Assembly: GCA_002772645.1 (NCBI GenBank)
Contig: PFDK01000003.1
Location: forward strand, 1 to 40,492
DNA from: Candidatus Pacebacteria bacterium CG10_big_fil_rev_8_21_14_0_10_56_10
GTDB lineage: Bacteria > Patescibacteriota > Microgenomatia > UBA1400 > PJMF01
Reading direction: 5' to 3'
Length of the DNA stretch: 40,492 bases
In this document: one piece after another, positions 17,480 to 26,910 of the stretch
Layout: each line of letters begins with the position of its first letter
Numbering within the stretch: position 1 is the stretch's first letter
The notes under the pieces: model-generated
What the model saw: the letters and a program-made list of their open reading frames with translations, nothing else
Databases searched by the model: none
Told to the model about the DNA's origin: nothing
Position numbers and translations under genes: made by a program

Positions 17480-18022
17480 ATGGTTATGCCCTCAGTTTTA
17501 GTACCGATCCTGATGCTGGTGTTGATTGCCTTGTTGTTGTTGCTGATAGCACTACTGGTCTACATTTTGTTCGGCCTGTACATCACCGCCCAAGGACCAC
17601 CGTTCGCGCCCAGTTCCGATGAGCGCGTCGAGCACATCTTACAACTGGCCCGCGTCAGGCCCGGCAAGCGAGTGGCAGACTTGGGCTCCGGTGACGGTCG
17701 AGTGCTGATAGCTTTGGCCTCGGCCGGCGTCCGGGCAGACGGCTACGAGATCAATCCCTGGCTGGTGTGGCGCTCGCGCCGCGCTGTCCGCCGGGCCGGT
17801 TTGGAGGACAGCATCGCTATCCACTGTGCCAGTTTCTGGAAAGCGAACTTGGGCCGTTACGACTTGGTGGTGATTTACGGCATCGGCTACATCATGGAGA
17901 ACTTGGCCGCTAAGCTGGAGCGGGAGCTCAAGGACGGCTCCAAAGTGATCTCGGTTTACTTTGAGTTCCCCGAGTGGCAGCCCAAAAAGGTGTTGGGAGA
18001 CGTTAGGCTGTACCAGGTGTGA
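17480..18022 (+). CDS. Membrane-anchored class I SAM methyltransferase
   Basis: PFAPS, DLGSGDGR, GYEINP, KLERELK.GSKVIS..F motifs; TACAAT 6 nt before ATG 17480. Confidence 0.9.
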   Translation: MVMPSVLVPILMLVLIALLLLLIALLVYILFGLYITAQGPPFAPSSDERVEHILQLARVRPGKRVADLGSGDGRVLIALASAGVRADGYEINPWLVWRSRRAVRRAGLEDSIAIHCASFWKANLGRYDLVVIYGIGYIMENLAAKLERELKDGSKVISVYFEFPEWQPKKVLGDVRLYQV

Positions 18023-18064
18023 TGTACTTTGATTGTTTTAGTATCGAAGCAACGCAAGATTTTG

Positions 18065-18295
18065 ATGACCAAAAAAATTACCATCGCCCTAGCAGTCTTG
18101 CTGGCAGTAGCGGCCTTTGGCTGGTTTGTTGGCCGGCCGCTGTGGGGCCGTCACCGCTGTGGTCAAATCAGAGAGAGCAAGCTCCAGAACCTGCGCGACA
18201 ACAACGTTGATCTTGAGGACCCGCGCAATCAGTACCTGCTCAACATCGTCGACCACGAGAACATTTTTTGCGAACAGTTCTACGGACTGCGATAG
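18065..18295 (+). CDS. Small exported protein with two Cys
   Basis: MTKK plus hydrophobic signal/anchor; HRCG ... FCEQ. Confidence 0.6.
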   Translation: MTKKITIALAVLLAVAAFGWFVGRPLWGRHRCGQIRESKLQNLRDNNVDLEDPRNQYLLNIVDHENIFCEQFYGLR

Positions 18296-18403
18296 GGTGG
18301 CCGGTCTAGCTGGTCACCAGTGCCGCTCGCCGTGGCGACAGCTTAAGTCATCAGCCGGTTTAGCGTCTTTACAACCGCGTTCATTTCGGATTTAATTTGG
18401 GTG

Positions 18404-18649
18404 ATGTACCAATCTATTAACGAGCCGGTGACGGTGGTAGGCGTTTACCACCGCGGTCAGTTTACCCCGAGAAAATTCCGCTGGCAGCGGCGCCAGTACG
18501 TCATTGACGAGGTGACGCTGAGCTCAGACACCAAAGACGGCGGGGTTCGCAAGCGCCTGTACAGCGTTACCGCGGGGCCAAACGTCTACCGCCTTGAGTT
18601 CAACCGCGAGACCGAGCAATGGCAGTTGGCGGAGTTATGGGTGGAGTAG
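18404..18649 (+). CDS. Small beta-rich DinB-associated protein (DUF6504-like)
   Basis: EPVTV..PRKFRWQRRQYVI..YSV..YRLEF..WQL; overlaps the dinB start region. Confidence 0.75.
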   Translation: MYQSINEPVTVVGVYHRGQFTPRKFRWQRRQYVIDEVTLSSDTKDGGVRKRLYSVTAGPNVYRLEFNRETEQWQLAELWVE

Positions 18650-19983
18650 CGGTTGGGCGCGCCACCACCGAGCGTACCGCTGTCGGACCCACCACTGGGC
18701 GCACCACTATCGGTCACGCCACCGTCGATGGCGCCACCACCAAGCGCACCATCCTCCACGTTGACATCAACTCCTACTTTGCCACCCTGCTCCAGCAGGA
18801 AAACCCTCGCTTGCGCGGCCGGCCGATCGGCATCATCAAAGATGTTGGCCGCAGCTGCGTGATCGCCGCTTCCAAAGAAGCCAAGCAGCACGGTGTTCGG
18901 ACCGGCAGCAGCCTGGTTGAAGCTCGGCGCCGCTGTCCGGGGCTGATGGCGGTGCCGGCCAGTTTTGACCGCTACCTTGATGCTACCAAACGTCTCCAGC
19001 GCATTTTTTTGGCGATAGCGCCGCCACCGAACGTCTACATCTTCTCGCTTGACGAAGCTTTCATCGACATCACTACTTGCCGCCGCTACCTTTACCGGCG
19101 GCCTCGCTGGGCTGCCGAGCGCCTTCAAGCAGACATCAAAGTAGAGCTGGGAGAGTGGGTGACGTGTAACGTGGGTATCAGCCACAACCGGCTGCTGGCC
19201 AAGATCGCTTCCGAGATCTCGCCCAAAGGCAGTGTCGCCGAGATCAGTCACGCCAACTTGGACGCGGTGCTGGCCAGCATCACTTTCAGTGATGTCTGCG
19301 GCGTAGGCTACCGCCTTGAGAAAAAACTGGCCAAGCTGGGTGTTAGCAGGCCGTACCAGCTTCGTTTTTACTCGGTGGCAGAACTGGAGCCGGTGGTCGG
19401 GCCGTTCTGGGCCAGGGAGCTGCGGCGCATAGCATACGGCCGGGAACCGCACGTACTGCGGTTGATCGACCGGCCCCAACCCCACATGAAGAGCGTCGGC
19501 CGCTCGATCACCGGCTATCGTTTGTACGACGACGAAGCCGAGATCCGCGCTATTCTGCTCAACCTGATGGAGGAAGTTACCGCTAAAGTCAGGCGGATGG
19601 GCCTGGCGGGGCGGCTGGCGTTTATCCGTCTCTACGGTCACGATGATTCCTGGGGCGCCCACCGTACGCTCCGCTACCACCTCCAGCGGACCGACCAGCT
19701 GTTTGAGGTACTGTACCGTCAGCTGTACCAGTCATGGCCGCGCCGCTTTCAGATCATTAAGTTTTGGGTGGGCTTGGGCCTGCTCCAGCCGGTCTCGACC
19801 GTCACGCCCTCGCTGCTGCCCCAGGACGGACAGCGCCAGGCGGTAGCTACCGCCGTCGACACCATCAGCCGCCGCTATGGACTGTTCACGGTTCGTTCGG
19901 GGGCGTTGCTCAACCAGCCGATAATTCGACCGGAAGTAACCGGCTACTTGGGTGACCGACAGTATCAACTTGAGCACGTTTGA
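18637..19983 (+). CDS. dinB: Y-family DNA polymerase IV
   Basis: ILHVDINSYFA, ASKEAK, FSLDEAFID, LAKIAS, GVG, KSVGRS. Start uncertain (18619 or 18637). Confidence 0.93.
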   Translation: MGGVAVGRATTERTAVGPTTGRTTIGHATVDGATTKRTILHVDINSYFATLLQQENPRLRGRPIGIIKDVGRSCVIAASKEAKQHGVRTGSSLVEARRRCPGLMAVPASFDRYLDATKRLQRIFLAIAPPPNVYIFSLDEAFIDITTCRRYLYRRPRWAAERLQADIKVELGEWVTCNVGISHNRLLAKIASEISPKGSVAEISHANLDAVLASITFSDVCGVGYRLEKKLAKLGVSRPYQLRFYSVAELEPVVGPFWARELRRIAYGREPHVLRLIDRPQPHMKSVGRSITGYRLYDDEAEIRAILLNLMEEVTAKVRRMGLAGRLAFIRLYGHDDSWGAHRTLRYHLQRTDQLFEVLYRQLYQSWPRRFQIIKFWVGLGLLQPVSTVTPSLLPQDGQRQAVATAVDTISRRYGLFTVRSGALLNQPIIRPEVTGYLGDRQYQLEHV

Positions 19984-20007
19984 TATGATGTACCAAGATA
20001 CAGTATG

Positions 20008-20049
20008 TGCCCGGGTGCAAACTCTAACCTAGCCTAGACCCGGGCATTT
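20008..20049 (+). terminator. GC-rich stem-loop after dinB
   Basis: TGCCCGGGT (20008-20016) / ACCCGGGCA (20038-20046), 21-nt loop, then only TTT. Confidence 0.4.
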
Positions 20050-20064
20050 CCAGACCGCCAGGAT

Positions 20065-20880
20065 ATGTCAGCTAACCGAGAAACACTTGCTCAACTGGGA
20101 CGTGGCCGCCAACTGCCCGACTCATCTTTGGAACCAAAAGAGTACTATCGGTTCGAGTCTGGAGAACCGAGCAGGCTTAGTCGTTCTAATGGGCAGGTCG
20201 ATATCACTTTCGCGCTAGCGGCCGGTGCTGGTCCATCGCCATCGCCCGTTCAGCAGTTATTACTCACTCACGCGCCTGGCCAGCCGCGGCGAAGATTGGA
20301 AATTAACCAAGCTGAGATCGAGATAACAGACCTCAACAACTACTTTCTTGCCCAGGTCATGTTGAAAACATACCTCAATGGAGTTGCCTGCCGCTACCAA
20401 CTTCAACACACCGCAGGCTGGAGGTTGAGCGGAGCGTACATCAACACTCTGGTTCTAGAACTGCGCCAACGACTTGCACGACAACTTAAAGTGCCTATGG
20501 AGTACGCGCACTGCCTACTAAAAACACACAGAAGGATAGGCATAGAGTTTACGCCGATTGCCCAGCCCGACACCGGCCAGACATTAGTCTTAGCTGGCGG
20601 AGACCTACTCTGGCTAGTCGGTACCAGCCTTCACATCAATCAACAAATGGTGGTCCTGAAACCTAGACTTGCCCAGACTATGTTAGTGTTGATGCGCCAC
20701 CGTGGAGTAGTAATATCTCACCTAGATATTGAGTCTCAGGCAAACCACTTCGACGAAAGCTACGACCACAAGGCAGTAGCTCGCCGGTCTAAGGAAAAAA
20801 TAACCAGCCTTAGAAAACTGCACCCGGTACTGAGAGAACATATTATTACCGTTTCTGGTAAAGGATACTTTCTTGAGTAA
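20065..20880 (+). CDS. Protein with a C-terminal OmpR/PhoB-type winged helix (probably two wHTH domains)
   Basis: VVLKPRLAQTMLVLMRHRGVVIS..ITSLRK..HIITVSGKGYFL. Confidence 0.75.
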   Translation: MSANRETLAQLGRGRQLPDSSLEPKEYYRFESGEPSRLSRSNGQVDITFALAAGAGPSPSPVQQLLLTHAPGQPRRRLEINQAEIEITDLNNYFLAQVMLKTYLNGVACRYQLQHTAGWRLSGAYINTLVLELRQRLARQLKVPMEYAHCLLKTHRRIGIEFTPIAQPDTGQTLVLAGGDLLWLVGTSLHINQQMVVLKPRLAQTMLVLMRHRGVVISHLDIESQANHFDESYDHKAVARRSKEKITSLRKLHPVLREHIITVSGKGYFLE

Positions 20881-21707
20881 TGGCTCATCTGGAAGAATCT
20901 TTACTGACACCGCTGACTCCTTGTGAGTTCAAAGGCTTGCTACCAGAGCTGGGTGCTGATCATCAAAACGGGTTCTGGGCGAATGGCCCGAACGGCTTGT
21001 TCTTAAAGTTTGCCTTGAGGGAAGTGCCAGGTTTAGCTCTGAGCGTACTTCAGCCTCTTATTTTTAGGCGCGACCCCGGTAGTGACCGCCGTGAATTTTG
21101 GCTACGGCTCGGCCAGGAGACAATCCAGCTCGAGGACCGGGAAAGTTTCTTCATGGCCATGTACATCTTTCACACCTTTCGCCAGGGGTACGCTACCTAC
21201 TTTCAACTAGACAATCAGGGTCTCCCTGCTCCTGATAACATAGACGAAAACTTTGACCTGGATTCTGTCCGCAAAAGGTTGACTAATCACTCCGAAGTTT
21301 CCATCAAACAATCTCGCCAGCTGATTGTTCGTCATATAGAGCTAGGTATTGAGGCGGCGTTCATTGACCGGCGGGTGCGGGAGAACACGTTCCAGCTTGA
21401 TAACGGTACCCTGTTGCGACTGCTTGGCAACAGGCTAACCATTGGTAACGACACCGTCTGGCTTAGCAGGCTACAGCGGGAAATATTTAGGTACCTGATG
21501 GATCAGCAAGGCAGAATGGAAGGAGTGCCGTTGCTCAGCCTCGCTCAATTTCTAAAAGGGAGCGGCAAAGAGGATTCATACAGTAGTAATCTAGAACAGA
21601 GATTGTCAGTACCGATATCTACACTTCAGGGAAAACACCCCGCGCTAGCAAAAGTTATCCGCGTGGAAGACAATTATTACTTACTTGATCGTACCGCTCA
21701 AACCTGA
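20880..21707 (+). CDS. Paralogous winged-helix protein
   Basis: VWLSRLQREIFRYLM..LSVPISTL..HPALAKVIRVEDNYYLL; colinear with the upstream ORF; TAATG coupling. Confidence 0.7.
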   Translation: MAHLEESLLTPLTPCEFKGLLPELGADHQNGFWANGPNGLFLKFALREVPGLALSVLQPLIFRRDPGSDRREFWLRLGQETIQLEDRESFFMAMYIFHTFRQGYATYFQLDNQGLPAPDNIDENFDLDSVRKRLTNHSEVSIKQSRQLIVRHIELGIEAAFIDRRVRENTFQLDNGTLLRLLGNRLTIGNDTVWLSRLQREIFRYLMDQQGRMEGVPLLSLAQFLKGSGKEDSYSSNLEQRLSVPISTLQGKHPALAKVIRVEDNYYLLDRTAQT

Positions 21708-21719
21708 GATCCTAGCAGA

Positions 21720-22568
21720 GTGACAGATAATCAAGACAACCAGAGCCAACCAGACCGGCAGCTTCGGCCAGACCAACCAGACCCGCCAGCTAGGCAGCCT
21801 CGACCAGACCGGCCGAACGGGCCAGACCGACCGAACGGCTGCGTTTTTTTCATCGACGTTGACAACACCCTGCTGGACAACGATAAAATTAAAGGCTCGA
21901 TCCGCCAGGCTTTGGTGACGGTACTGGGCGAACAAGAGGCTGGCCGGTTTTGGCGCCACCACGATCAGTTCCGCTCCCGCCAGGAACTGGTAGACTTCCC
22001 TAACATCATTAAAGAGTACTGCCAAGATCACCACGCCCAAGACTGCGATGTCAGGCTGGGCCAGATATTCGAGAACATTTTTTTTCAGGCGGCACTGTTC
22101 CCGCGAGCGCTGGAAGTGGTTCGGCACCTCAAGCAGTTTGGCAGTGTCTTTGTTTTTTCCGAAGGCGATGCTACCTACCAGCGTCGGAAGATCGACGCCA
22201 GCGGCATCACCGCGGCGGTTGACGAGGTGTACTGCTACACTCATAAACTGCAGTACTTACCGGAGCTGATCGAGCGCTATGCCGAGTCGCGGCTCTACTT
22301 CATCGACGACCGAGGCGAGAAACTAGCCGACATCAAGCGCCAATACCCTCAAGTGACGACGGTGCTGGTTTGTCAAGGCCACTACAATCAGCAAGACCAC
22401 CAGCCGCATCAGCTGGCCGACCTGATCGTAGAAAAAGTGGGGGAGTTAATCGAGTTTGACCCCACTCGGCCGCTGCCACCCCAGTCAACTCAACCACCTC
22501 AACCACGTCAGTCACCTCAACCACCTCAGTCATCCGCCGACCAGCCCGCGCCGCCCTCCACCTCTTGA
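21720..22568 (+). CDS. HAD-superfamily hydrolase with Q/P/D/R-rich tails
   Basis: FIDVDNTL, FSEG, HK, FIDDR motifs. Confidence 0.85.
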   Translation: MTDNQDNQSQPDRQLRPDQPDPPARQPRPDRPNGPDRPNGCVFFIDVDNTLLDNDKIKGSIRQALVTVLGEQEAGRFWRHHDQFRSRQELVDFPNIIKEYCQDHHAQDCDVRLGQIFENIFFQAALFPRALEVVRHLKQFGSVFVFSEGDATYQRRKIDASGITAAVDEVYCYTHKLQYLPELIERYAESRLYFIDDRGEKLADIKRQYPQVTTVLVCQGHYNQQDHQPHQLADLIVEKVGELIEFDPTRPLPPQSTQPPQPRQSPQPPQSSADQPAPPSTS

Positions 22569-23344
22569 TTCACTCCAGCCACTTCAAGTATCGCTCCGGC
22601 AGCAAAAAGGTGGTGGGTGTCGATCCCCAGCTGGGAGTACACTTGGTCAGGTACCGACAGGTCACACAGGTAGAGCCGACCGACGTGACGGCTGGCGCTA
22701 GCTGTTGTCAGGCCAGTTTTGGGCAGTGCCAGCGTCAGCGTCCAAGTGGCGGTGATACAAGGGGTCCGTGGTTGACCAGTGTCCCCGTCCAGGCCCGAGG
22801 GAATGTCGACCGCCAGCGTGGGCCGGCCAGCCTGATTAGCGGCCGCGATCAGCCGCGCGTACTCGCCGCGCGGATCGCCTTTCAAGTTGTAACCAAGCAG
22901 AGTGTCGATGATTAGGTCTGCCTGGGCCAGCAGCTTAGTCAGCTGATTTCCATCGATGTCGTTCGCCTGGTGGATGGGTACTCCCAGCTTGTCGAGCACC
23001 TGCTGTTGAACGAGGGCATTCTCCCCCAGATCGCGCCGCTCGCTAGCCAGCACCACTGTCACACCGGCCCCAAAGTTTATCAGGTGACGGGCCGCGCCCA
23101 GCCCGTCGCCGCCGTTGTTACCTTTACCAGCCAGCACCAGTATTTTTTTACCAGGGAGAGTGCCGCCTAATAGTCGCTGAGCCAACCGAGCTGTGTTGAT
23201 GCTGGCGTTTTCCATCATCATGATGATGTCGACGCCCACCTCCTCGACCATCAGCCGGTCTACCTGGCGCATTTGCTTAACGGTGACTACCGGCAGCCGG
23301 TGGATAGGCAGGCTGGGCAGCTGGCGGTTGGTGTTGGCAGTCAT
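22526..23344 (-). CDS. nnrE: NAD(P)H-hydrate epimerase (stand-alone YjeF_N)
   Basis: MMENA, GKGNNGGDG, IIDTLLG, AVDIPSG, TLTLALPKTG. Confidence 0.92.
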   Translation of the reverse strand: MTANTNRQLPSLPIHRLPVVTVKQMRQVDRLMVEEVGVDIIMMMENASINTARLAQRLLGGTLPGKKILVLAGKGNNGGDGLGAARHLINFGAGVTVVLASERRDLGENALVQQQVLDKLGVPIHQANDIDGNQLTKLLAQADLIIDTLLGYNLKGDPRGEYARLIAAANQAGRPTLAVDIPSGLDGDTGQPRTPCITATWTLTLALPKTGLTTASASRHVGRLYLCDLSVPDQVYSQLGIDTHHLFAAGAILEVAGVNQEVEGGAGWSADD

Positions 23345-23430
23345 CTTTTTTGTGTCCAGGTTTTGTGCCCACAGCTTTTGTTAAGCTTTACGGTGCGTTT
23401 AAGAAAACGGTTTTATGGTTTAATACTACT

Positions 23431-23757
23431 ATGAATTCTGTGCTGTCACGGCTTTGGCGTCGGTATTGGCTGAGGGTAGCCGCAACCATTATACTGGCTT
23501 ACTTATTCATTGCGATCTACACTTGGCTGGTTAGCCGCAACCCCAACGTCACCAGCGTCCCCATCCTGACCCCGATCTGGCTGATCCCGCTCAATGTGTT
23601 TATTTTTACGCTGGCGGCGCTGGCAGTCTACCTGGCCCGGGGCAGTATCGAGGTCCGTGCCCAGCTCAAGCCCAGTCTCCAGATTGGTGCCGCCACCACT
23701 GCCGGTGTGGCGCTGCTGCTGTTGATCTTAGAGCTGCTGCTGGGTGTTTTTAGGTAG
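23431..23757 (+). CDS. Hypothetical 3-TM membrane protein
   Basis: Hydrophobic ORF from ATG 23431; TTTAAT 6 nt upstream. Confidence 0.65.
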   Translation: MNSVLSRLWRRYWLRVAATIILAYLFIAIYTWLVSRNPNVTSVPILTPIWLIPLNVFIFTLAALAVYLARGSIEVRAQLKPSLQIGAATTAGVALLLLILELLLGVFR

Positions 23758-23899
23758 CGGCCGAGTAGCCACAACTCTATCCTGTAGCTTGCTTGGCGGC
23801 CTGGCTCTGGCTCTTTTCACCGACCATCTTTTTGAGTAAAATTCGCTCGATATCTGGAGACCAGTATGTTTGAGGTATCAAACTTTACAACAAACTGAA

Positions 23900-23972
23900 G
23901 GCGCCTTCGTCTAGCGGCCTAGGACATCGCCCTCTCACGGCGAAAACACGGGTTCGATTCCCGTAGGCGTCA
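23900..23972 (+). tRNA. tRNA-Glu (CTC), CCA not encoded
   Basis: Acceptor GGCGCCT/AGGCGTC; anticodon arm TCGCC-CTCTCAC-GGCGA (CTC at 23934-23936); T arm ACGGG-TTCGATT-CCCGT; discriminator A followed by CCC. Confidence 0.97.
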
Positions 23973-24046
23973 CCCAGTTGGGTAGGCTACGCGTAGGTGA
24001 TTAATGCTCTGGCACTGAGGAAAGCAAAACTGGCGGTTAAACCCAT

Positions 24047-24066
24047 AGCTCACAACGGGCTTTTTA
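24047..24066 (+). terminator. Weak terminator after the tRNA
   Basis: AGCTC-ACAAC-GGGCT followed by a T-run. Confidence 0.35.
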
Positions 24067-24145
24067 TGTTCCTTCAAAATTAATCACATTTACAGGACAC
24101 AACATCATCACTGTTTAGCATACACAAATCTATTAGTGGTGTTAA

Positions 24146-25552
24146 GTGGATACCCAGATTTCTAAATTGTGTCTACTCCACTGCTATACTAAAACAGCAG
24201 GATTTGTGCCAACCTTAGAGCCGCCGCCAACCAGCAAAGAACGACCTCGGCCTAGTCGGATACTTATTTGGTACTCGGGAGCGTTCGGCACAGAAGCAGG
24301 CGCGAGAGCAATCTTCAGCGGACTGAAAAAAAACTTGACTGACACTTCGGTGCGGGCGGTTCCCTCCAAGGTTTCCAAAGATGCCGCCGGACAGAACTTC
24401 GAGATCGATATTAACTCGGTAGAAGACCAGGTCCGCCAGGGTGGCAAAGTAACCTTGGTGAGCCATTCCAGTGGGGTGATTGAGATGATCAACCACCTAA
24501 GAGTGCTGGAGCGGAACTTGACAACTACCGGCAATACTGAGTTGCTGACCAAAAATGTCGACATTGTGCTGGTGGCGCCGGTGGGATTTGTCCACAGCTG
24601 GTCAGAACTGGCGGCTATGTTTCGCGGTGTGGCAGAAATAGCCAGGTCTAACAAATCTATTCTACCGATTGGTCGGCTGATCTCGTTTCGCCAGGGCATT
24701 GAGTCAATCAACTACTTGCCGCCTACGTTTACCCACTTGAAGCTGGAAGAGTTCAACCAAGTGTTGACCGAGATTTTTAGTCAGCATACTCAACGCCAAC
24801 GGGGAGTGCTGTCGACTGAGTTTGCCCCAGGAGAAGAAAGTTACTTTAATCAACTGGCACGTGAAAAACCTGCCCAGGCTGAACGGACCAGGGCGAAAAC
24901 TCAGGCCCAGCAAGCCAAAGATGCGCCGGCCCTTGATCAGTTGTTAGAGAGCAACGTAGTTGAGTATCTAACGGCTAAGCGCCGTAGCCAGCACCAAAAA
25001 CAGCAGCGCCACGCTCGGGCGATTAAGTCAAATCTCCAGCGTCGTGGCCGGCTGCTGGAGCCGGAAATGACTGCAGCTTATGCAGGTGAGGAAACTGGCG
25101 GCGGTTGGCTAAGTGTGTGGTGGCAAGCACTGCAGGGCTTGTTAGAAATTACTAAGCAAGCTGCTCGCGGTGAACCGTACCGGGCATTGACCAGGTACCG
25201 CGACATGGGTGTTAGGACTAAGTTTGTAGTGCCGGAGTTTGATCCGCTGGTTTCGGTGGAGCAAATCCGCCGCTTTGCGCAGGAAGGCAAGCAAGACGAT
25301 CATCCATACTGGCTGGCCGGAGTGAATTTTCCCGATCAGCACGCGAACGAGCTAAACTTGTTAAATCGAATGACTCGAGAAGAGTGGCAGATGATTAAGG
25401 AGATGGACCTCCAAGACCCCTTCTCGGACATGGATAAAGAAGACCCAGACCTACTGGACATCATGCTGGTAGGCACAGCCACCCACTCTTCGCTGGCGTT
25501 TGATGCCGGCAGCCTCGGTAGGGCCATCCGCCAGTTGCTGCACGGCAAGTGA
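24146..25552 (+). CDS. Divergent alpha/beta hydrolase-fold protein with a large helical insertion
   Basis: WYSGAFG, VTLVSHSSG, IVLVAP, VPEFDPLV, TATHSS suggest a Ser-Asp-His triad; start uncertain. Confidence 0.6.
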   Translation: MDTQISKLCLLHCYTKTAGFVPTLEPPPTSKERPRPSRILIWYSGAFGTEAGARAIFSGLKKNLTDTSVRAVPSKVSKDAAGQNFEIDINSVEDQVRQGGKVTLVSHSSGVIEMINHLRVLERNLTTTGNTELLTKNVDIVLVAPVGFVHSWSELAAMFRGVAEIARSNKSILPIGRLISFRQGIESINYLPPTFTHLKLEEFNQVLTEIFSQHTQRQRGVLSTEFAPGEESYFNQLAREKPAQAERTRAKTQAQQAKDAPALDQLLESNVVEYLTAKRRSQHQKQQRHARAIKSNLQRRGRLLEPEMTAAYAGEETGGGWLSVWWQALQGLLEITKQAARGEPYRALTRYRDMGVRTKFVVPEFDPLVSVEQIRRFAQEGKQDDHPYWLAGVNFPDQHANELNLLNRMTREEWQMIKEMDLQDPFSDMDKEDPDLLDIMLVGTATHSSLAFDAGSLGRAIRQLLHGK

Positions 25553-25619
25553 GCGTCGGCCGCACCGCTCAGGCTTTCTTCTCTTGCTCCGACTTGGCTT
25601 TGTCTTCATAATGATTTAC

Positions 25620-26567
25620 ATGAGCTTGGTCGAGACACTGCGGCATTTGTTTCATCCGCGCCGGTCAAACAACCACCGGCCGCGACTACTCCACCCCGAG
25701 GCATACCTTTCTTTGGCGCTGCTGATCGTGGCTTTCTCGGCAGTACTACGGCTACTGACCACTCTCAACCCCGAGTACTCGCAGATCCTGGGCTTTGCCT
25801 CCGATATCACTGCCGAGGAAGTTGTAGCGCTGACCAACCAGCAACGCTTGCGCAGCGGCGCCGGAGCCGTGCAAGCCAACCCTCAGCTGACCGCCGCGGC
25901 GACGGCCAAGGCCAGGGACATGTTCGAAGATCAGTACTGGGCACACGTAGCGCCGGACGGGACCGAGCCGTGGACGTTCATCCAACAGTCGGGCTACTCG
26001 TACCGGTTCGCGGGAGAGAACCTGGCGCGCGATTTCGACCACACCCCGGCTATGATCGCCGCTTGGATCGCTTCACCTTCACATCGGCAAAACTTACTTA
26101 ACTCGCGCTACACCGACATTGGGGTGGCGGTGGTTGATGGCGTACTCAACGGCACTGAGACCACCTTGGTAGTTCAGATGTTTGGTACCACCCCTGCCCA
26201 GGCTGCCCAGCTGCCGCCGCGGTCGGCGGCCATCGACATCAACACCGAGTTCGTCCGGCCCGTCCAGCCACAAGCAGGTATCAACCCCAGGGAGCTGGCG
26301 TTCTTGTCTACCGACCAGGAGGTTTTGGCGGGTGCCGACCCTCAACAACTGGCTGCCCAGCTGCCGCCGCTGATCTCACCGCTCGAACTCAGCAAAGCCT
26401 TCTTTTTAGCTCTCATTTTTGTGCTGGTAGTGACGCTGATATACGATACGGTAGTGATCACCAACAGCAACGTGGTTCGGCTGGTGGGCAAAAACATCGC
26501 CCACATCATGCTGTTGACGCTGGTGGCGTACATCTTGATCTTTTTTGAAGCGGGAGTAGTTGGGTAG
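25620..26567 (+). CDS. CAP/SCP-domain membrane protein
   Basis: LTNQQR, KARDM..YWAH, AGENLA, WIASPSHRQNLL, DIGVAV, VVQMFG; start ATG 25620. Confidence 0.9.
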   Translation: MSLVETLRHLFHPRRSNNHRPRLLHPEAYLSLALLIVAFSAVLRLLTTLNPEYSQILGFASDITAEEVVALTNQQRLRSGAGAVQANPQLTAAATAKARDMFEDQYWAHVAPDGTEPWTFIQQSGYSYRFAGENLARDFDHTPAMIAAWIASPSHRQNLLNSRYTDIGVAVVDGVLNGTETTLVVQMFGTTPAQAAQLPPRSAAIDINTEFVRPVQPQAGINPRELAFLSTDQEVLAGADPQQLAAQLPPLISPLELSKAFFLALIFVLVVTLIYDTVVITNSNVVRLVGKNIAHIMLLTLVAYILIFFEAGVVG

Positions 26568-26586
26568 CGGCTGGAAAGCAAGCAAA

Positions 26587-26859
26587 ATGAGAGAGTTTAT
26601 TATCAACCGCGAGCTCAATCGCCACCGGCTAGCGTACGCCGTTTTAATGATCGGCTTGTTGATGGCGATGGCGTCGTTCTGGCTGGCTTGGCCGAACCGC
26701 TTTTATCAGCGGTTGATCGTGTTGGGCCTGGTAGCTTTTTACGTAGTCTGGGGAACGCTGGCCCATCTGCACACCGATCACGTCACTCGCCGAGTAGTGT
26801 ACGAGTACTTAGGGGTAGGGGTGGTAGCCGGCTTAGTGCTGCTGCTGGTGACCCTGTGA
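26587..26859 (+). CDS. Small 3-TM membrane protein
   Basis: YVVWG..H...VVYEY pattern; hydrophobic. Confidence 0.7.
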   Translation: MREFIINRELNRHRLAYAVLMIGLLMAMASFWLAWPNRFYQRLIVLGLVAFYVVWGTLAHLHTDHVTRRVVYEYLGVGVVAGLVLLLVTL

Positions 26860-26910
26860 ACTCTTAAGTTGTAGAATAGCGACGGAGTATCAACGCCACA
26901 GAAAGGACGG

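Noticed and set aside
18300-18403. LexA/SOS box upstream of the dinB cassette
   Set aside because: No convincing palindrome matching known SOS boxes could be read.
21720-21845. CRISPR-like repeats
   Set aside because: Short degenerate in-frame repeats with no unique spacers and no cas genes; the 11109 fragment alone is not evidence of Cas4.
22526-22568. 43-bp convergent overlap of the HAD gene and nnrE
   Set aside because: Both tails are low-complexity extensions, most likely from stop-codon drift.
23950-25560. Prophage or integrative element at tRNA-Glu
   Set aside because: No duplicated tRNA 3' end, integrase or phage gene seen in the window.
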